42,769 nt of DNA from positions 1 to 42,769 of IMG/VR virus record IMGVR_UViG_3300005805_000004. One strand, 5' to 3'. The notes below the pieces were generated by a model, which did no database searches, had not been told where the DNA came from, and was given only the letters and a program-made list of their open reading frames with translations. This DNA comes from a virus (taxonomy: Duplodnaviria; Caudoviricetes). Each line of letters opens with the position of its first letter. Within the stretch, counting starts at the first letter, position 1. A program made the translations under genes and the position numbers. Positions 24,179 to 33,774 of this stretch are shown piece by piece.

Positions 24179-24496
24179 CTATTTCAAGGTGGTGCTGACG
24201 TTGCGCAGCACGGCCTTTAGGGGGTCGTAGAGCTGAGCCACTTGCTCAATTTGACGAGCAGTGGCCGGGTTACCAGTAGCGCGGGCAATGGTCGCTCCGA
24301 TCTCGGCTGCCATCGTTTCTGGTGTGGTGTGCCGCAGCAGCGTTGGCATCTCGTTGTCTAGATGCTCGTACACGTAAGGCAAAGCACGCCGTAACGGGCG
24401 GTCAATCATTGATTTAGCCAAGGGCTTGATCACTGCTTCCGTTAAGCCCATCACCACAAAGGCAATGGCAGCATCAATCAATGTTCTGATGTTCAT
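24179..24496 (-). CDS. Hypothetical protein with hydrophobic N-terminus (lysis cassette)
   Basis: Likely start MNIRTLIDAAIAFVVMGL. Confidence 0.55.
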   Translation of the reverse strand: MNIRTLIDAAIAFVVMGLTEAVIKPLAKSMIDRPLRRALPYVYEHLDNEMPTLLRHTTPETMAAEIGATIARATGNPATARQIEQVAQLYDPLKAVLRNVSTTLK

Positions 24497-24500
24497 GAGA

Positions 24501-24755
24501 TCAGGTGGTAGGAGGTTGACGGCGTCCACGTTGGGTGGAATTGGGGTTGCTTTGCTGTGGGCTGTCGGTGATAAAGGCCCACATCGTGGATGCAGCACCA
24601 CCAGCCACGGTGAACGCCTGAGTCCATTGGTTGCCGCATTGACCAGGGCGACGCCACTCACAACTGGCGACATTGGCGCTGGCCATCACCATCATGTAGC
24701 CGTAGCAGCCAACCAACAGCCGTAAAACCAACGTGACGATGGTGGGGTGGTTCAT
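24501..24755 (-). CDS. Membrane protein, holin candidate
   Basis: Two hydrophobic segments; upstream of the endolysin. Confidence 0.5.
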   Translation of the reverse strand: MNHPTIVTLVLRLLVGCYGYMMVMASANVASCEWRRPGQCGNQWTQAFTVAGGAASTMWAFITDSPQQSNPNSTQRGRRQPPTT

Positions 24756-24985
24756 CGGGTCTTCATCTCCAAGACGCGCACTCGTTCTTCCAAACCACTG
24801 AGCCGCTCCTTTGAGTCGTTTTTCAGATCGCCAATGTCTTCTCGTACTGCCGCCATGGCCTGATCAATGCGGGTGACCTGCATGAACAGTCCAGCAATGC
24901 CCAGCACTGCGGCTACCAACAGACCGGGCACTGCTGAAGCAAGCCATGCCGGTGCTGCAGGGGCTTGCTCAAGCTGCTCGGTCAC
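24752..24985 (-). CDS. TM plus coiled-coil protein (lysis-associated)
   Basis: AVPGLLVAAVLGIAGLFM then a coiled coil ending LEERVRVLE; start GTG 24985 or TTG 24994. Confidence 0.6.
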   Translation of the reverse strand: MTEQLEQAPAAPAWLASAVPGLLVAAVLGIAGLFMQVTRIDQAMAAVREDIGDLKNDSKERLSGLEERVRVLEMKTR

Positions 24986-25054
24986 CGGCTGCAAAGGTTT
25001 CTCAGCCTAAGTTGCCGGTGCTAGGCAGGCTTTTTCATTTTGTATAAACTGTGG

Positions 25055-25140
25055 GCCTAGCCATTTATCAATGGGCTAGGCGTCCGTTGCGGCCGGCAGC
25101 GGTGAGGCCAGTGGTGCGTGAGCCCTGGCCACCGGCCAAC
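25055..25140 (+). ncRNA. Candidate structured RNA antisense to the late operon
   Basis: Two strong hairpins, one with a GUGA tetraloop, after a TAAACT -10-like box. Confidence 0.4.
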
Positions 25141-25254
25141 CTATTAGACGGGGACACTACGAGCCCTGCTCAAATGTCAGGGAAGGCAGCAGTCGGCGAG
25201 ACTAAGCCGCGCAGTAAGCCGTAAGCACGCCAGCGCACCAAACGCCAGCGGCAA

Positions 25255-25545
25255 CTAGGACTTCCATGTTCCTGAAACGTTGGGGCTTACGGATGTGACA
25301 CTTTTCCATGTACCAGACACGTTGACGTACATGGCAGTGGCTTGTTTCCAAGTGCCACTGACGTTGGCCCATACGTTGAGGCCGGAAGGTGGTGCTGCAC
25401 CAGGACCAACAGCTACAAATGGCTGAGCGAGGTACGCGAGATCAAGCGATGTAGTACCAAGTGACTTAGCTTCTACTTGGACAAATGGTTGGCCAAGGTA
25501 GGCGTAGTCAAGCGTTGCTAGATCGGTATTACTGGGCTGCGCCAT
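25255..25545 (-). CDS. Small tail-associated repeat protein
   Basis: LDxAYLxQPFV twice and NVSGTWK three times. Confidence 0.7.
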   Translation of the reverse strand: MAQPSNTDLATLDYAYLGQPFVQVEAKSLGTTSLDLAYLAQPFVAVGPGAAPPSGLNVWANVSGTWKQATAMYVNVSGTWKSVTSVSPNVSGTWKS

Positions 25546-25741
25546 TGTCTACCTCCTGCTGCCTAGTGGCAAGCCAATCATTTACAGCGGCTTGGATTTC
25601 GGCATCAGTTGGTTCCGAATCAAATTTGAAAAACTGCGTTTCAACAGGCTCGTCGTTTTCATCGACGGCTGTCACAACGCGGGCGTACCATTTACCCGCC
25701 ATGTCCTGTTCAATAGATACGACTGTGTGGTTCATGGTCAT
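25529..25741 (-). CDS. Small acidic protein (possible fibre chaperone)
   Basis: ATGA-coupled to the tailspike gene. Confidence 0.6.
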   Translation of the reverse strand: MTMNHTVVSIEQDMAGKWYARVVTAVDENDEPVETQFFKFDSEPTDAEIQAAVNDWLATRQQEVDNGAAQ

Positions 25742-28143
25742 GCTTGCGAGATGGTCATGTCGTCGACCCACCCACTAAAGGCGGATCCGCCAAAAGCTTC
25801 TGCCGTGATTTCCACGACGCCAGCTTCGGTGGGCGTGAAGGTAATAGTGAGCTCTTCCCATGTGTTAGCGGCAGCAGTCATGGCGGAAACCACATCGCTT
25901 GCGACACCAGCGATCTGACCACCTTTACACACAAGGCGCATGGTGAGGCCGGTATTGCTGCGGCGCATCCATGCTTTAACAGTAACAAGTGAGTTGGCGG
26001 CTACGGCAATTTTGGCCAGCGATAACACAAGAGGATAATCGCTATTACGGGCTGTACTGGTGGGCTGCAATTTCCAACTGATCCCGCTCGCAGTGTTTCG
26101 TTGGTCTGTAGCCGCTGAAATCAAACCACCGTCAGTAAAAATTTTGTGGTTGCCTGCAGTGTTGTCGTGGTTATGGGAATAGACCCTACAGTTTGAATCT
26201 TGCTGCTGGTTTTGAATTTCAGTGGCATTTGTGAACGTAGTGTCTCTGCACACAACGTCATCCGCCCACGATACAGCGCCTGTCGTACCAACGCCGGAAA
26301 ACTGGTTTACAGTACAACCAATAAATTCCCACTTACACGGCCTAGCCATTGTCAGTGAGGTATCAATGGTGGATGAGATAAACTTTAAGTTAGTTCCATT
26401 GGCGACGGAACTTTGCGTGACTGGAGCATCATTGCCAAGAAAGCTATTATTCGTAAAAAGTATATTATTGCATCTGTTGGTGTCTACGGCAGTTGTATTG
26501 TTGCTAAATTTACAGTCGGTAAATCGCATTTGAGCGGCTACGCGACCAGCAACACTTGTAACCCAAGTGACGCCAAGAACGCAGCTTAAGAAATTGGAGT
26601 TAGTGAACCATTGAGAGTAACTTACGCTAGCGCTAGAGCCACCTCCTTGGTTGTGAGCCGTATTGCAAGCATATATTGACAAGTTGTCTAGTATTGTCGA
26701 GCTAGTAATGACTTGACCATTAACACTTATTCCTACCGAACATGCAGTAAACGAGCAATACTCAAAGCCTTGAAAGCTACTTCCACCGCCAACTACGGCC
26801 GCACTAAAACCTGTGCCAAATCGTACAGCGTTAAACTTAGACCATAAACCAGAATTTGCTGCGTTAATTGCTGAATAGCATATTCCTGAAGTATGTCTAT
26901 TGTCAAACCACGTTTCTCCTGTTTGACTGGACATATCTGTTATGCTCCAGCCACCGCTATATGTGACACCTCCTTCATTGCCTGGCGCAAAACTAGCGCC
27001 TAGTCCGTGATTCAAGGTGCTAATAGTTTCTCGTTTATAGGTTGTAACGGTCTCGGTGCCGTATCCGGCTGTGCTGAAATATCCACGGGCTGCGGCGTTA
27101 GTAGGTGAAACTAGATCGGAGCTGTCTGCAGCATCCAACATCACTCGTGACCCATTGATGCTTTGAATAGGCCACCAAGATTCACCTGCAGTGTTCTTGC
27201 CTATTAGGCTTGCAATCGTTAAAGAATCAGCAGCGCTTCTTGCCTTGCAGGCAATAATGTTGTCAATCAAGAAAGTTTGCGCGGCCAAATCAGTCTCGAC
27301 GTAAAAGGCGACGGAGTTGATGCTGCTACCAAGTGCAGCAGCGTTATCAAAAACGACTGGAACCCACTTATTTAAAACTGGAATATCCGGGATTGTGATT
27401 GTATTTACAGTGGTTACGCCTGCGCTGTCTGAGCACAGGCGTAATGTGATTGCGCCAGCGGATGCTAGCGTTCCGGCGGTCTGGCGAATCCAGAACGCAA
27501 CCTGTTGGTAGCCGCTAAGATCTAGGGTTGTCGAAAGCGCTTTGTAACAGGCAAGGCCGGTTGTGAACCCAGCGGCAATAGCGATTTGCTGGCTGGCTCG
27601 ATGCTCCTTGAAAGACGTAGTATTTAGCGTTGGAGTGACATTGGTTACGCCTGTCCAGTTAGTAAATTCACCACAGCACTCAATGTTTTGAGTGAGTGAG
27701 CTGGCAAGCGTGACGCGGCTGTTGTTGTTCAGACGAGCCGTGCCCCCACTGGTGTACGTACCACTGCCGACAGAGTTGTCCAGCGTAAATGTGTTAGCGC
27801 CCGTTGAGGTGATTTCAAAGGTGCCGTTGGCACTGGTGTTCCCGCCAACACCTGTGATGACCACCGTATCCCCGGTGCTGTAACCATGGGCTACGCAGGT
27901 GATGGCAATGGGCGTAGCATTAGTGGCCCCGGTAATGCTCTTAGTGTTTTGAAGTTGATTGCTTGTCCATACGCCAGTAACCCCAAGGCTTGTAGGATCA
28001 GGGCTCGCCATTACACGAACTGTGTCACCTGAGCTGGTGCGAGCAGCCGTGGCGCCGTTTACAAATGTCTTCCAGCGATTAGCGAACGAAAGCCCGTCGT
28101 TTGCATCATTGCCGCCTTCGTAATCGAGATAGAAAGTTGCCAT
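25738..28143 (-). CDS. Tailspike/receptor-binding protein with beta-helix-like region
   Basis: 801 aa; ITGATNATP..HGYSTGDTVVI beta module; N/S/T-rich repeats; AT-rich central part. Confidence 0.7.
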   Translation of the reverse strand: MATFYLDYEGGNDANDGLSFANRWKTFVNGATAARTSSGDTVRVMASPDPTSLGVTGVWTSNQLQNTKSITGATNATPIAITCVAHGYSTGDTVVITGVGGNTSANGTFEITSTGANTFTLDNSVGSGTYTSGGTARLNNNSRVTLASSLTQNIECCGEFTNWTGVTNVTPTLNTTSFKEHRASQQIAIAAGFTTGLACYKALSTTLDLSGYQQVAFWIRQTAGTLASAGAITLRLCSDSAGVTTVNTITIPDIPVLNKWVPVVFDNAAALGSSINSVAFYVETDLAAQTFLIDNIIACKARSAADSLTIASLIGKNTAGESWWPIQSINGSRVMLDAADSSDLVSPTNAAARGYFSTAGYGTETVTTYKRETISTLNHGLGASFAPGNEGGVTYSGGWSITDMSSQTGETWFDNRHTSGICYSAINAANSGLWSKFNAVRFGTGFSAAVVGGGSSFQGFEYCSFTACSVGISVNGQVITSSTILDNLSIYACNTAHNQGGGSSASVSYSQWFTNSNFLSCVLGVTWVTSVAGRVAAQMRFTDCKFSNNTTAVDTNRCNNILFTNNSFLGNDAPVTQSSVANGTNLKFISSTIDTSLTMARPCKWEFIGCTVNQFSGVGTTGAVSWADDVVCRDTTFTNATEIQNQQQDSNCRVYSHNHDNTAGNHKIFTDGGLISAATDQRNTASGISWKLQPTSTARNSDYPLVLSLAKIAVAANSLVTVKAWMRRSNTGLTMRLVCKGGQIAGVASDVVSAMTAAANTWEELTITFTPTEAGVVEITAEAFGGSAFSGWVDDMTISQA

Positions 28144-28152
28144 GGTTTAGTC

Positions 28153-29421
28153 TCAGGCGGTGTACTTGATCCAGATATCCCCGTCACTTCCGCCCGTTGG
28201 ATCGCTGGTGGAAGTGGTGATTTTGCGGATGCCGTTTCCAGATGAACCGAAGTAACTCAATCGGGCATCTGCAAGGGTTCCGCTGCTGATATTACTGGCG
28301 TTTGTCGTGTCCGTCGTCGCTGATGCCGCAAGCGTCGGTTTATTCAGAATCTGTGCATCACCACTGGCGGCATTCCAGTCAGCATTGACGTTGACTTCGG
28401 CACCGGCTTCAATCCCGTCGAGTTTGGTCTTGTCCGAGGCGGACATGGAGCCAGCAGCAGACGTAGTAGCTGCGCTGATGCTGATGGCGGGAGTGGCGCC
28501 ACCGCTGGAAACAATCGGCGCCGTACCAGTGACGCTGGTCAGGTAGGTGCTGGTATCAAGCGACCATGTATTTGCCGCCGTTTTCTTGAGAAAGCCGCTA
28601 GTTCCAGCAAGGCCAGCAATGGCCGTAAGATCAGCGTCTAATGGTTGTGCCGCAGCCCATGTACCGTCAGCACGCAAATAATTTGTCGTCCCACCACCGC
28701 TACCACTTACCAGTCCGGCGTTGGTGCTGCTAAATAGCGGAAGCGTAACGTCAGCGCCGGTGCTGCTTTCAAGCAACCTTGTACTGGCCGTGTAGCTCAG
28801 ATCAGTCGCAACATTGACCTGGGCACCGGCTTCAATGCCGTCAAGTTTGGTTTTGTCCGCTGCCGACATCGAGCCAGCGGACGATGTACTTGCTGCAGTA
28901 ATGCTGATAGCAGGTGTTAAACCACCACTGGAGACAATCGGAGCAGTACCAGTAACGCTGGTAACTGGCGCAGTACCATCGCTTGCTGCTGTAATGCGGC
29001 CCTTGCTATCAACCGTAAGTGAGGCATATGTATAACTACCAGCCGTGACCGCTGTATTTGCAAGGGTCAACGAAATCGAAGTAGCTCCACTGCCACTTGC
29101 GTCGCCCGAAATGCTGATCGACTGGTTGCCAGTCAGGTATGTGCTGGTATCAAGGCTCCAGGTGTCGGCAGCCACCTTTTTCAGGAAGCCACTTGTCCCA
29201 GTCAGTGCTGCGATAGCAGTTAGGTCTGCATCAAGCGGCTGCATCGTGCCGCCCATTGTTGACAGATCGCTGTATTTAGCCAGCGGGTAACCGCCTGCTG
29301 TTGCGCCGTCATGGACAACCAGCGTGTCCTTTGTGATGTCAACAGTGACTTCACCGACAGCACCAGTAAAGCTGGCGTGCTCGGTGGTGGTGCCGCGCCG
29401 TAGCTGTACTTGGGTAGCCAT
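28153..29421 (-). CDS. Tail fibre with Mtd/hyaluronidase-type N-terminus and internal duplications
   Basis: QVQLRRGTT...GEVTVD...VVHDG..GG; QPLDADLTAIA and MSAxDKTKLDGI units, each twice. Confidence 0.8.
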   Translation of the reverse strand: MATQVQLRRGTTTEHASFTGAVGEVTVDITKDTLVVHDGATAGGYPLAKYSDLSTMGGTMQPLDADLTAIAALTGTSGFLKKVAADTWSLDTSTYLTGNQSISISGDASGSGATSISLTLANTAVTAGSYTYASLTVDSKGRITAASDGTAPVTSVTGTAPIVSSGGLTPAISITAASTSSAGSMSAADKTKLDGIEAGAQVNVATDLSYTASTRLLESSTGADVTLPLFSSTNAGLVSGSGGGTTNYLRADGTWAAAQPLDADLTAIAGLAGTSGFLKKTAANTWSLDTSTYLTSVTGTAPIVSSGGATPAISISAATTSAAGSMSASDKTKLDGIEAGAEVNVNADWNAASGDAQILNKPTLAASATTDTTNASNISSGTLADARLSYFGSSGNGIRKITTSTSDPTGGSDGDIWIKYTA

Positions 29422-29657
29422 CAGATCAGGGTTCCGTAGTTTGCGGTGGAGTTGATGCCCTCAGTCACCAATCCGTAGTCAGCCTGATTGGCGCCGTACA
29501 TGTTTGTGACACCGCCAATTTCAGCCATCGTATTGTCAGCAGCCTTGATATAAAACCGCTTGTTGCTGGAGTCCCAAGCTGGCTCGGAAACTGCAAAGTC
29601 TCCGGCTGCTGGAGTGCTGCCACCTGTGCGGATCTTGATGAGCTGCTGGCGAGGCAT
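29421..29657 (-). CDS. Small tail-fibre-associated protein
   Basis: IKIRTG..P......EPAWD...RFYIK fibre-anchor-like motif. Confidence 0.6.
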   Translation of the reverse strand: MPRQQLIKIRTGGSTPAAGDFAVSEPAWDSSNKRFYIKAADNTMAEIGGVTNMYGANQADYGLVTEGINSTANYGTLI

Positions 29658-30112
29658 CAGAACGTGCCCCCGTCGACGGTTTCAACTGCAATCGTCACGT
29701 AGGCGTTGCCTGCATCCTTGGTCCAGCTCAGGCTGCTGTTCAGTCGGATAACGCCGTCAGTGCCGTCAGTGCCCCAGATGTAACCGGCTGTACCTCCACT
29801 GACAACTGCAACTTTTTCATCCGTACTGGAAGCCGGAATGTTTAGGGCAGTTTTGAAGGCATTAAAGGTGATCTTCTTTTCTTTCTGCCCGGCGGCTTCG
29901 CTGGCGTCGTGAATAATAACAAGGTCTGAAGCACCATCGACACTAGCCAGCGTGGTTAGGTCGTCGATTGCGGGGACTACTGGCAGTTTGGTCGTTGTGC
30001 CAGTAGCTACGTGCAGCGTGCCGCGATCTGTGGTGACTAACGGCTCACCCGCGAGCATCCCCGTTGAAGGGAGGTTGGCCTTTAGGCCACGCTTTAGCTG
30101 AAGACGTGCCAT
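29657..30112 (-). CDS. Tail-fibre-associated protein (Mtd-N-like)
   Basis: LQLKRG..ANLP...AGEP..TTD; ends VDGGTF. Confidence 0.65.
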   Translation of the reverse strand: MARLQLKRGLKANLPSTGMLAGEPLVTTDRGTLHVATGTTTKLPVVPAIDDLTTLASVDGASDLVIIHDASEAAGQKEKKITFNAFKTALNIPASSTDEKVAVVSGGTAGYIWGTDGTDGVIRLNSSLSWTKDAGNAYVTIAVETVDGGTF

Positions 30113-30147
30113 TCAAGGCTTAAAACACTTCTCTAAATTGCCGCGAC

Positions 30148-30402
30148 CTACCCGAAGGTGCCTCCGTCAAGCGTTGCGGCCCAAGCGGCGTCATAGTTTG
30201 ACCCTGAGCTTTTAAGAAGAATGTTTCCAGGGTCGCCCCCAACTGGGAGACCATTAGCTGTATTGCCACTTGGGCCTTGCGGGCCAGCGGTCTGCACCTC
30301 CACCAGTAGCGGCTGCGCAGCAGTAGTAACGTCAATGGCCTGCTCAGCTACTTCGGTGACGACCACCTGGCCGGTGCTGATCACCTCAACGGTGTTAGCC
30401 AT
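30148..30402 (-). CDS. Small tail-fibre-like protein with a short collagen stub
   Basis: GPQGPSG...LPVGG..G.IL.K.S..NYD..W; ends LDGGTFG. Confidence 0.65.
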   Translation of the reverse strand: MANTVEVISTGQVVVTEVAEQAIDVTTAAQPLLVEVQTAGPQGPSGNTANGLPVGGDPGNILLKSSGSNYDAAWAATLDGGTFG

Positions 30403-30404
30403 AG

Positions 30405-30749
30405 TCAGGACGGGGTGGTGTAGCCCTCAGACGGGCGCACAATGCCTTCCAAGTAATACTCCCGTAAACCGTTGCTGTCGATCAGCATCACGTCATAGCG
30501 ACACTCATCAGGCAGTGTTGCCGTGACGCTGTAAGGCAGCGTCAGCTTTACTGAGCCAATGCTCGCGTTAAGCGTCGTCACCGTGAAGTCACCGTATTTG
30601 GTGACTCGGTCCTTGCTCCATACCTGCGCCAACACCGTCCAACCGGTGATATTGATGCCATCGCCGTCTGAATCCTTGAACTGCACCTGCAACGGATAAT
30701 CCGCCCGCCGCTGCGGTCGGATGTTGTAGCTAGCAGGGGTGATCGCCAT
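30405..30749 (-). CDS. Baseplate/tail adaptor (BppU-N-like)
   Basis: FKDSDG..INITGWT..AQ...YDV.L.......YYLEG. Confidence 0.6.
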   Translation of the reverse strand: MAITPASYNIRPQRRADYPLQVQFKDSDGDGINITGWTVLAQVWSKDRVTKYGDFTVTTLNASIGSVKLTLPYSVTATLPDECRYDVMLIDSNGLREYYLEGIVRPSEGYTTPS

Positions 30750-30769
30750 AACCAAGGTTTCCGGTCAGT

Positions 30770-31168
30770 TCAACCTGCGTAGGTGTCGGGATTGGTGGTG
30801 ATGTCCACGCGCATCTGCGATCTCGGTCCCACACCACGTGGCACATTGATCGTTACCGCATTGCTGCCGGGATAGCTCCACAGCAGCCGACCCGCCACTT
30901 CCTGCAGGCTGACATCACCGCTCCAATCCACCAAATACAACGTCCAGCGGCTGAAGGCTTGCTCTTTTTGGTATTGCCGCACTGGCACCAGCTCAGGCTC
31001 GCGCACAATCACCACCTCCAAACCTTGCACCGTGGTGCCAGGCGGCAGACTCTCGCCCGGTGCTCGCACAGAGATTGCCGGTGTGGTGGCGCTATTGGCG
31101 AGGGTGTACGTGCCCAGCTGATCCACCAGCGTGGTTTCTAGTGCCGTGCGCAGGCTGAGCAGATCCAT
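30770..31168 (-). CDS. Probable tail completion/terminator protein
   Basis: 132 aa in the tail region; function inferred from size and position. Confidence 0.45.
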   Translation of the reverse strand: MDLLSLRTALETTLVDQLGTYTLANSATTPAISVRAPGESLPPGTTVQGLEVVIVREPELVPVRQYQKEQAFSRWTLYLVDWSGDVSLQEVAGRLLWSYPGSNAVTINVPRGVGPRSQMRVDITTNPDTYAG

Positions 31169-31171
31169 TAC

Positions 31172-31825
31172 CTAGTCTTCCGCCGTTAGCAGCAGGCACC
31201 CTGCCTCGATCCAACCAAAGCCAGGTCGGGTAGGCACCATTAGTCGGTGTGTCAACAATGGCCGATCTAGATCGCGCAGGGTGGTGGTGCCGCTGATTTG
31301 CCCCCGCACTAGCACTAATCCGCCACGGATGCCGCTGGCTTCCCAAACCGGTGCCAATACCCACACGGCTTCGTCGTCGGAATGCAGCGCCCGCACCTCT
31401 GGCATTCGCGTGCCTTCCGCTGCGCTGGCCAGCACCTCGTTCCAACAAGACACCAGCAACGGTGGTGCCTTGTCTTCGTGCTTCAGCGCTAGTGCCACAG
31501 CGGCTACCTCGGCGCTGAACCGCCGTTCCGCCTTTTGTTCCTGCGCAAACAGCTGGAAGTCCTGCAGCGAGAAGGGTTTGCCCTTCTTGGGGTCGCGGTT
31601 GATGTTGGCCAAGAGTGCCGCAAGCTGAGCGACAGGCATCTCTTGCAGTTGCGCTTGCTCGCGGCGGATCCGCTGCAGTTCACGCCATGCCTGCAGCACC
31701 GTTTGCCGCAGCTCGTTCGCGTAGCTGCTGCGGTGGAACTGACCGGGGTAGCTATGCGCTAGGTCGTAGAAGATCGCCGACCAGTCCGTTTCGTTGCGGC
31801 GCCATCCGCCGCTTGCTGCTTTCCC
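31172..31825 (-). CDS. Tail assembly chaperone frameshift extension (GT-like)
   Basis: The -1 frame is open from GGGAAAG: KAASGGWRRNETDWSAIFYDLAHSYPG...VLQAWREL. Confidence 0.75.
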   Translation of the reverse strand, partial: GKAASGGWRRNETDWSAIFYDLAHSYPGQFHRSSYANELRQTVLQAWRELQRIRREQAQLQEMPVAQLAALLANINRDPKKGKPFSLQDFQLFAQEQKAERRFSAEVAAVALALKHEDKAPPLLVSCWNEVLASAAEGTRMPEVRALHSDDEAVWVLAPVWEASGIRGGLVLVRGQISGTTTLRDLDRPLLTHRLMVPTRPGFGWIEAGCLLLTAED

Positions 31826-32343
31826 AGCTCCTCCTCAGTCGGTGGCTCACTGGGCATTGCCTCAGCGTCGCTTTCCTCCTGCGCCAGTTGCCAGATCGCA
31901 TTGAACAAAGCGCGGTGCATCTGACGGGTATCAGAAACTGACCAGTCCGGCAGGTTGCAGCGGCACTTGATCAGCGCACTCACCGTGGCTTCCATGTTCC
32001 GCTGCCCCGCTGAGGCGTACACCTGCGCCACCTCTTGGATTAAGGCCGCGTGCTTCGTGCGGATCTCTTCGGCACGCTCCTCCATCTGGCGGCCGCTAAT
32101 GGCTCCTTCAATGATGTTGAACGCTTCGGAGATGCTGATCTCTTCGGCCTTAGCGATGGCATCCGCGATCTGGGCACCCTTGACGAAGCTGCTCTGCTCA
32201 TTGGCCAGCAGCTCAGAAATCACCGCTGATTCACCAACGGTGAGCCCACCCAGCACTGGCATCTCCAAAATGCCGCTGGCCGGTGTGCCAACTCGCCGGG
32301 TTGTTGGTGTCTCGGGCGCTTGGACAAAAGGAAGCGTTGGCAT
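31759..32343 (-). CDS. Tail assembly chaperone (G-like)
   Basis: Ends ...EELGK with a G GGA AAG slippery site. Confidence 0.75.
   Translation of the reverse strand: MPTLPFVQAPETPTTRRVGTPASGILEMPVLGGLTVGESAVISELLANEQSSFVKGAQIADAIAKAEEISISEAFNIIEGAISGRQMEERAEEIRTKHAALIQEVAQVYASAGQRNMEATVSALIKCRCNLPDWSVSDTRQMHRALFNAIWQLAQEESDAEAMPSEPPTEEELGKQQAADGAATKRTGRRSSTT
31819..31825 (-). other. -1 programmed frameshift heptamer GGGAAAG
   Basis: Same heptamer as lambda G/T, in the correct phase (CTG GGA AAG). Confidence 0.8.
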
Positions 32344-32356
32344 AAAGGGGTGAGGG

Positions 32357-32476
32357 CTACTTGAACTTCTGTAAGCGTAGTTGCAACTCCTTCTCGCGTT
32401 TTTGCCGCTGCTCTCGGTTGTATTTGATCAAGGCAGCGACCTGCTGCTGCAGGCGCTCTAGTGCTGGGTTGTTCAT
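32357..32476 (-). CDS. Small coiled-coil protein, 39 aa
   Basis: Hand translation MNNPALERLQQQVAALIKYNREQRQKREKELQLRLQKFK; ATGA-coupled. Confidence 0.55.
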   Translation of the reverse strand: MNNPALERLQQQVAALIKYNREQRQKREKELQLRLQKFK

Positions 32477-33765
32477 GGTGTCAACATTGGATAGACAAAC
32501 GGGCCAGTAGGTGTCCAGTATTCATCGGCACCCGTTGGCAAAATATCGTCAACCACAGCAGTAGATAGCTCATTGTATTTGTCGATGTCGGCTTGGCTAG
32601 TGAACGCATCAATGACGGTGTATGACTTGAGTGGTATGACGGGCACACACTGATCAAGCTCGGCCTTCAATGCGGCCGTATCGCCTACAGCGCTCTCAAG
32701 GTCAAAAATTAACCACTTCAAGGAGCCGCCCCTGTTCCACAGAATGCGACTGTTCAAACCGCTAAGGGGTTCATAGTAGGTGTCGCTGAACCGTTGCCTG
32801 AGCATGTATGCCTTTCTTCCTCGTATGTGATAGTCGCCGTAGTAGCCAAGCTTTCGCAGTTCCACTGAAGGGTCACCAGGGAATGCGTTGGCTTCGTACT
32901 GTTCTGCCCAGATCCCACCGCCTTCCACGTATGGGGCAAAGTTGCTGATTGTGCCGTCTTGCGGCACGTTGTATGAAATCGACGAAGTCCTCAGATCAAG
33001 TGCGCCGGATACCGTATTAAATCTAAAGTAGACGTAGGTGTAGTTATAGGTCAGGCCGTTGACAGAGTAAGTAAAGAAGCCGTTTTGATTCGCCTGCCAT
33101 GGCGTGTTGATTTGACCTACGGAATGCCGAAAAACACCGTAAAGCGTCGTATTATTTGAAGCTACAACCGGCGCCTGAGTGAAGTAGTAATTGCCGCCGA
33201 TGTAGGGCGCGCCTGCGAACTCCCCTGCTCTAAGGATGATGGGCAAGTTGTTGTGGTTGGCTGAACTGCTAAAGTTGCCGGCACCAGCTCGCTCCAGCAC
33301 AAAAGCATTTTGCGGGTAGGCTGAGACCTCGTTGTAGGGACTGCTGACGTTAGTCTTTGACGTACTCAACAAGAGGTTGAGGTCTTTGCTGTTGATAAAT
33401 GGGTAGGTAAATGTTGCGCCAGATGGCGCAAGAATGCCAGTGTCGCCAATGCCTATGATTGCCAGCCAGTCGTAAGACAAAATGCCCCATCCGCTGCCGC
33501 TTCTTTGTGCAGCAGGCTTTCGCTTCCTGTAGGTGTCTGGAACAGCAGAATGCCGCTTTGCAGATTGCTGTCGTTTTTGATTAACCGTAAACGACTTGCC
33601 ATTGATCTCTCCTACAACGCTTTCTTCCGGTGTTTGACTAGCCTGCGCTGATTGGAGAGCGGCAGCCTCGCGTTCCTCTTTGGCTTGGCGGTTTTGAAAG
33701 ACCACATCAGATGCCTGCTGCGTCAGCCGACGCAGTAGGACATCAATTCTGATGTTGGTACTCAC
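32473..33765 (-). CDS. Minor tail/virion protein
   Basis: 430 aa, helical N-terminus and aromatic beta-rich body. Confidence 0.6.
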   Translation of the reverse strand: MSTNIRIDVLLRRLTQQASDVVFQNRQAKEEREAAALQSAQASQTPEESVVGEINGKSFTVNQKRQQSAKRHSAVPDTYRKRKPAAQRSGSGWGILSYDWLAIIGIGDTGILAPSGATFTYPFINSKDLNLLLSTSKTNVSSPYNEVSAYPQNAFVLERAGAGNFSSSANHNNLPIILRAGEFAGAPYIGGNYYFTQAPVVASNNTTLYGVFRHSVGQINTPWQANQNGFFTYSVNGLTYNYTYVYFRFNTVSGALDLRTSSISYNVPQDGTISNFAPYVEGGGIWAEQYEANAFPGDPSVELRKLGYYGDYHIRGRKAYMLRQRFSDTYYEPLSGLNSRILWNRGGSLKWLIFDLESAVGDTAALKAELDQCVPVIPLKSYTVIDAFTSQADIDKYNELSTAVVDDILPTGADEYWTPTGPFVYPMLTP

Positions 33766-33774
33766 CGCCTAGCC

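Noticed and set aside
25250-25259. GGCAACTAGG as an additional late promoter
   Set aside because: Lacks the conserved T at position 8 and points into the 3' end of an opposite-strand gene
28153-29421. Diversity-generating retroelement (Mtd-like gene with repeats)
   Set aside because: No reverse transcriptase seen; the repeats are in frame and differ at synonymous positions, not specifically at adenines
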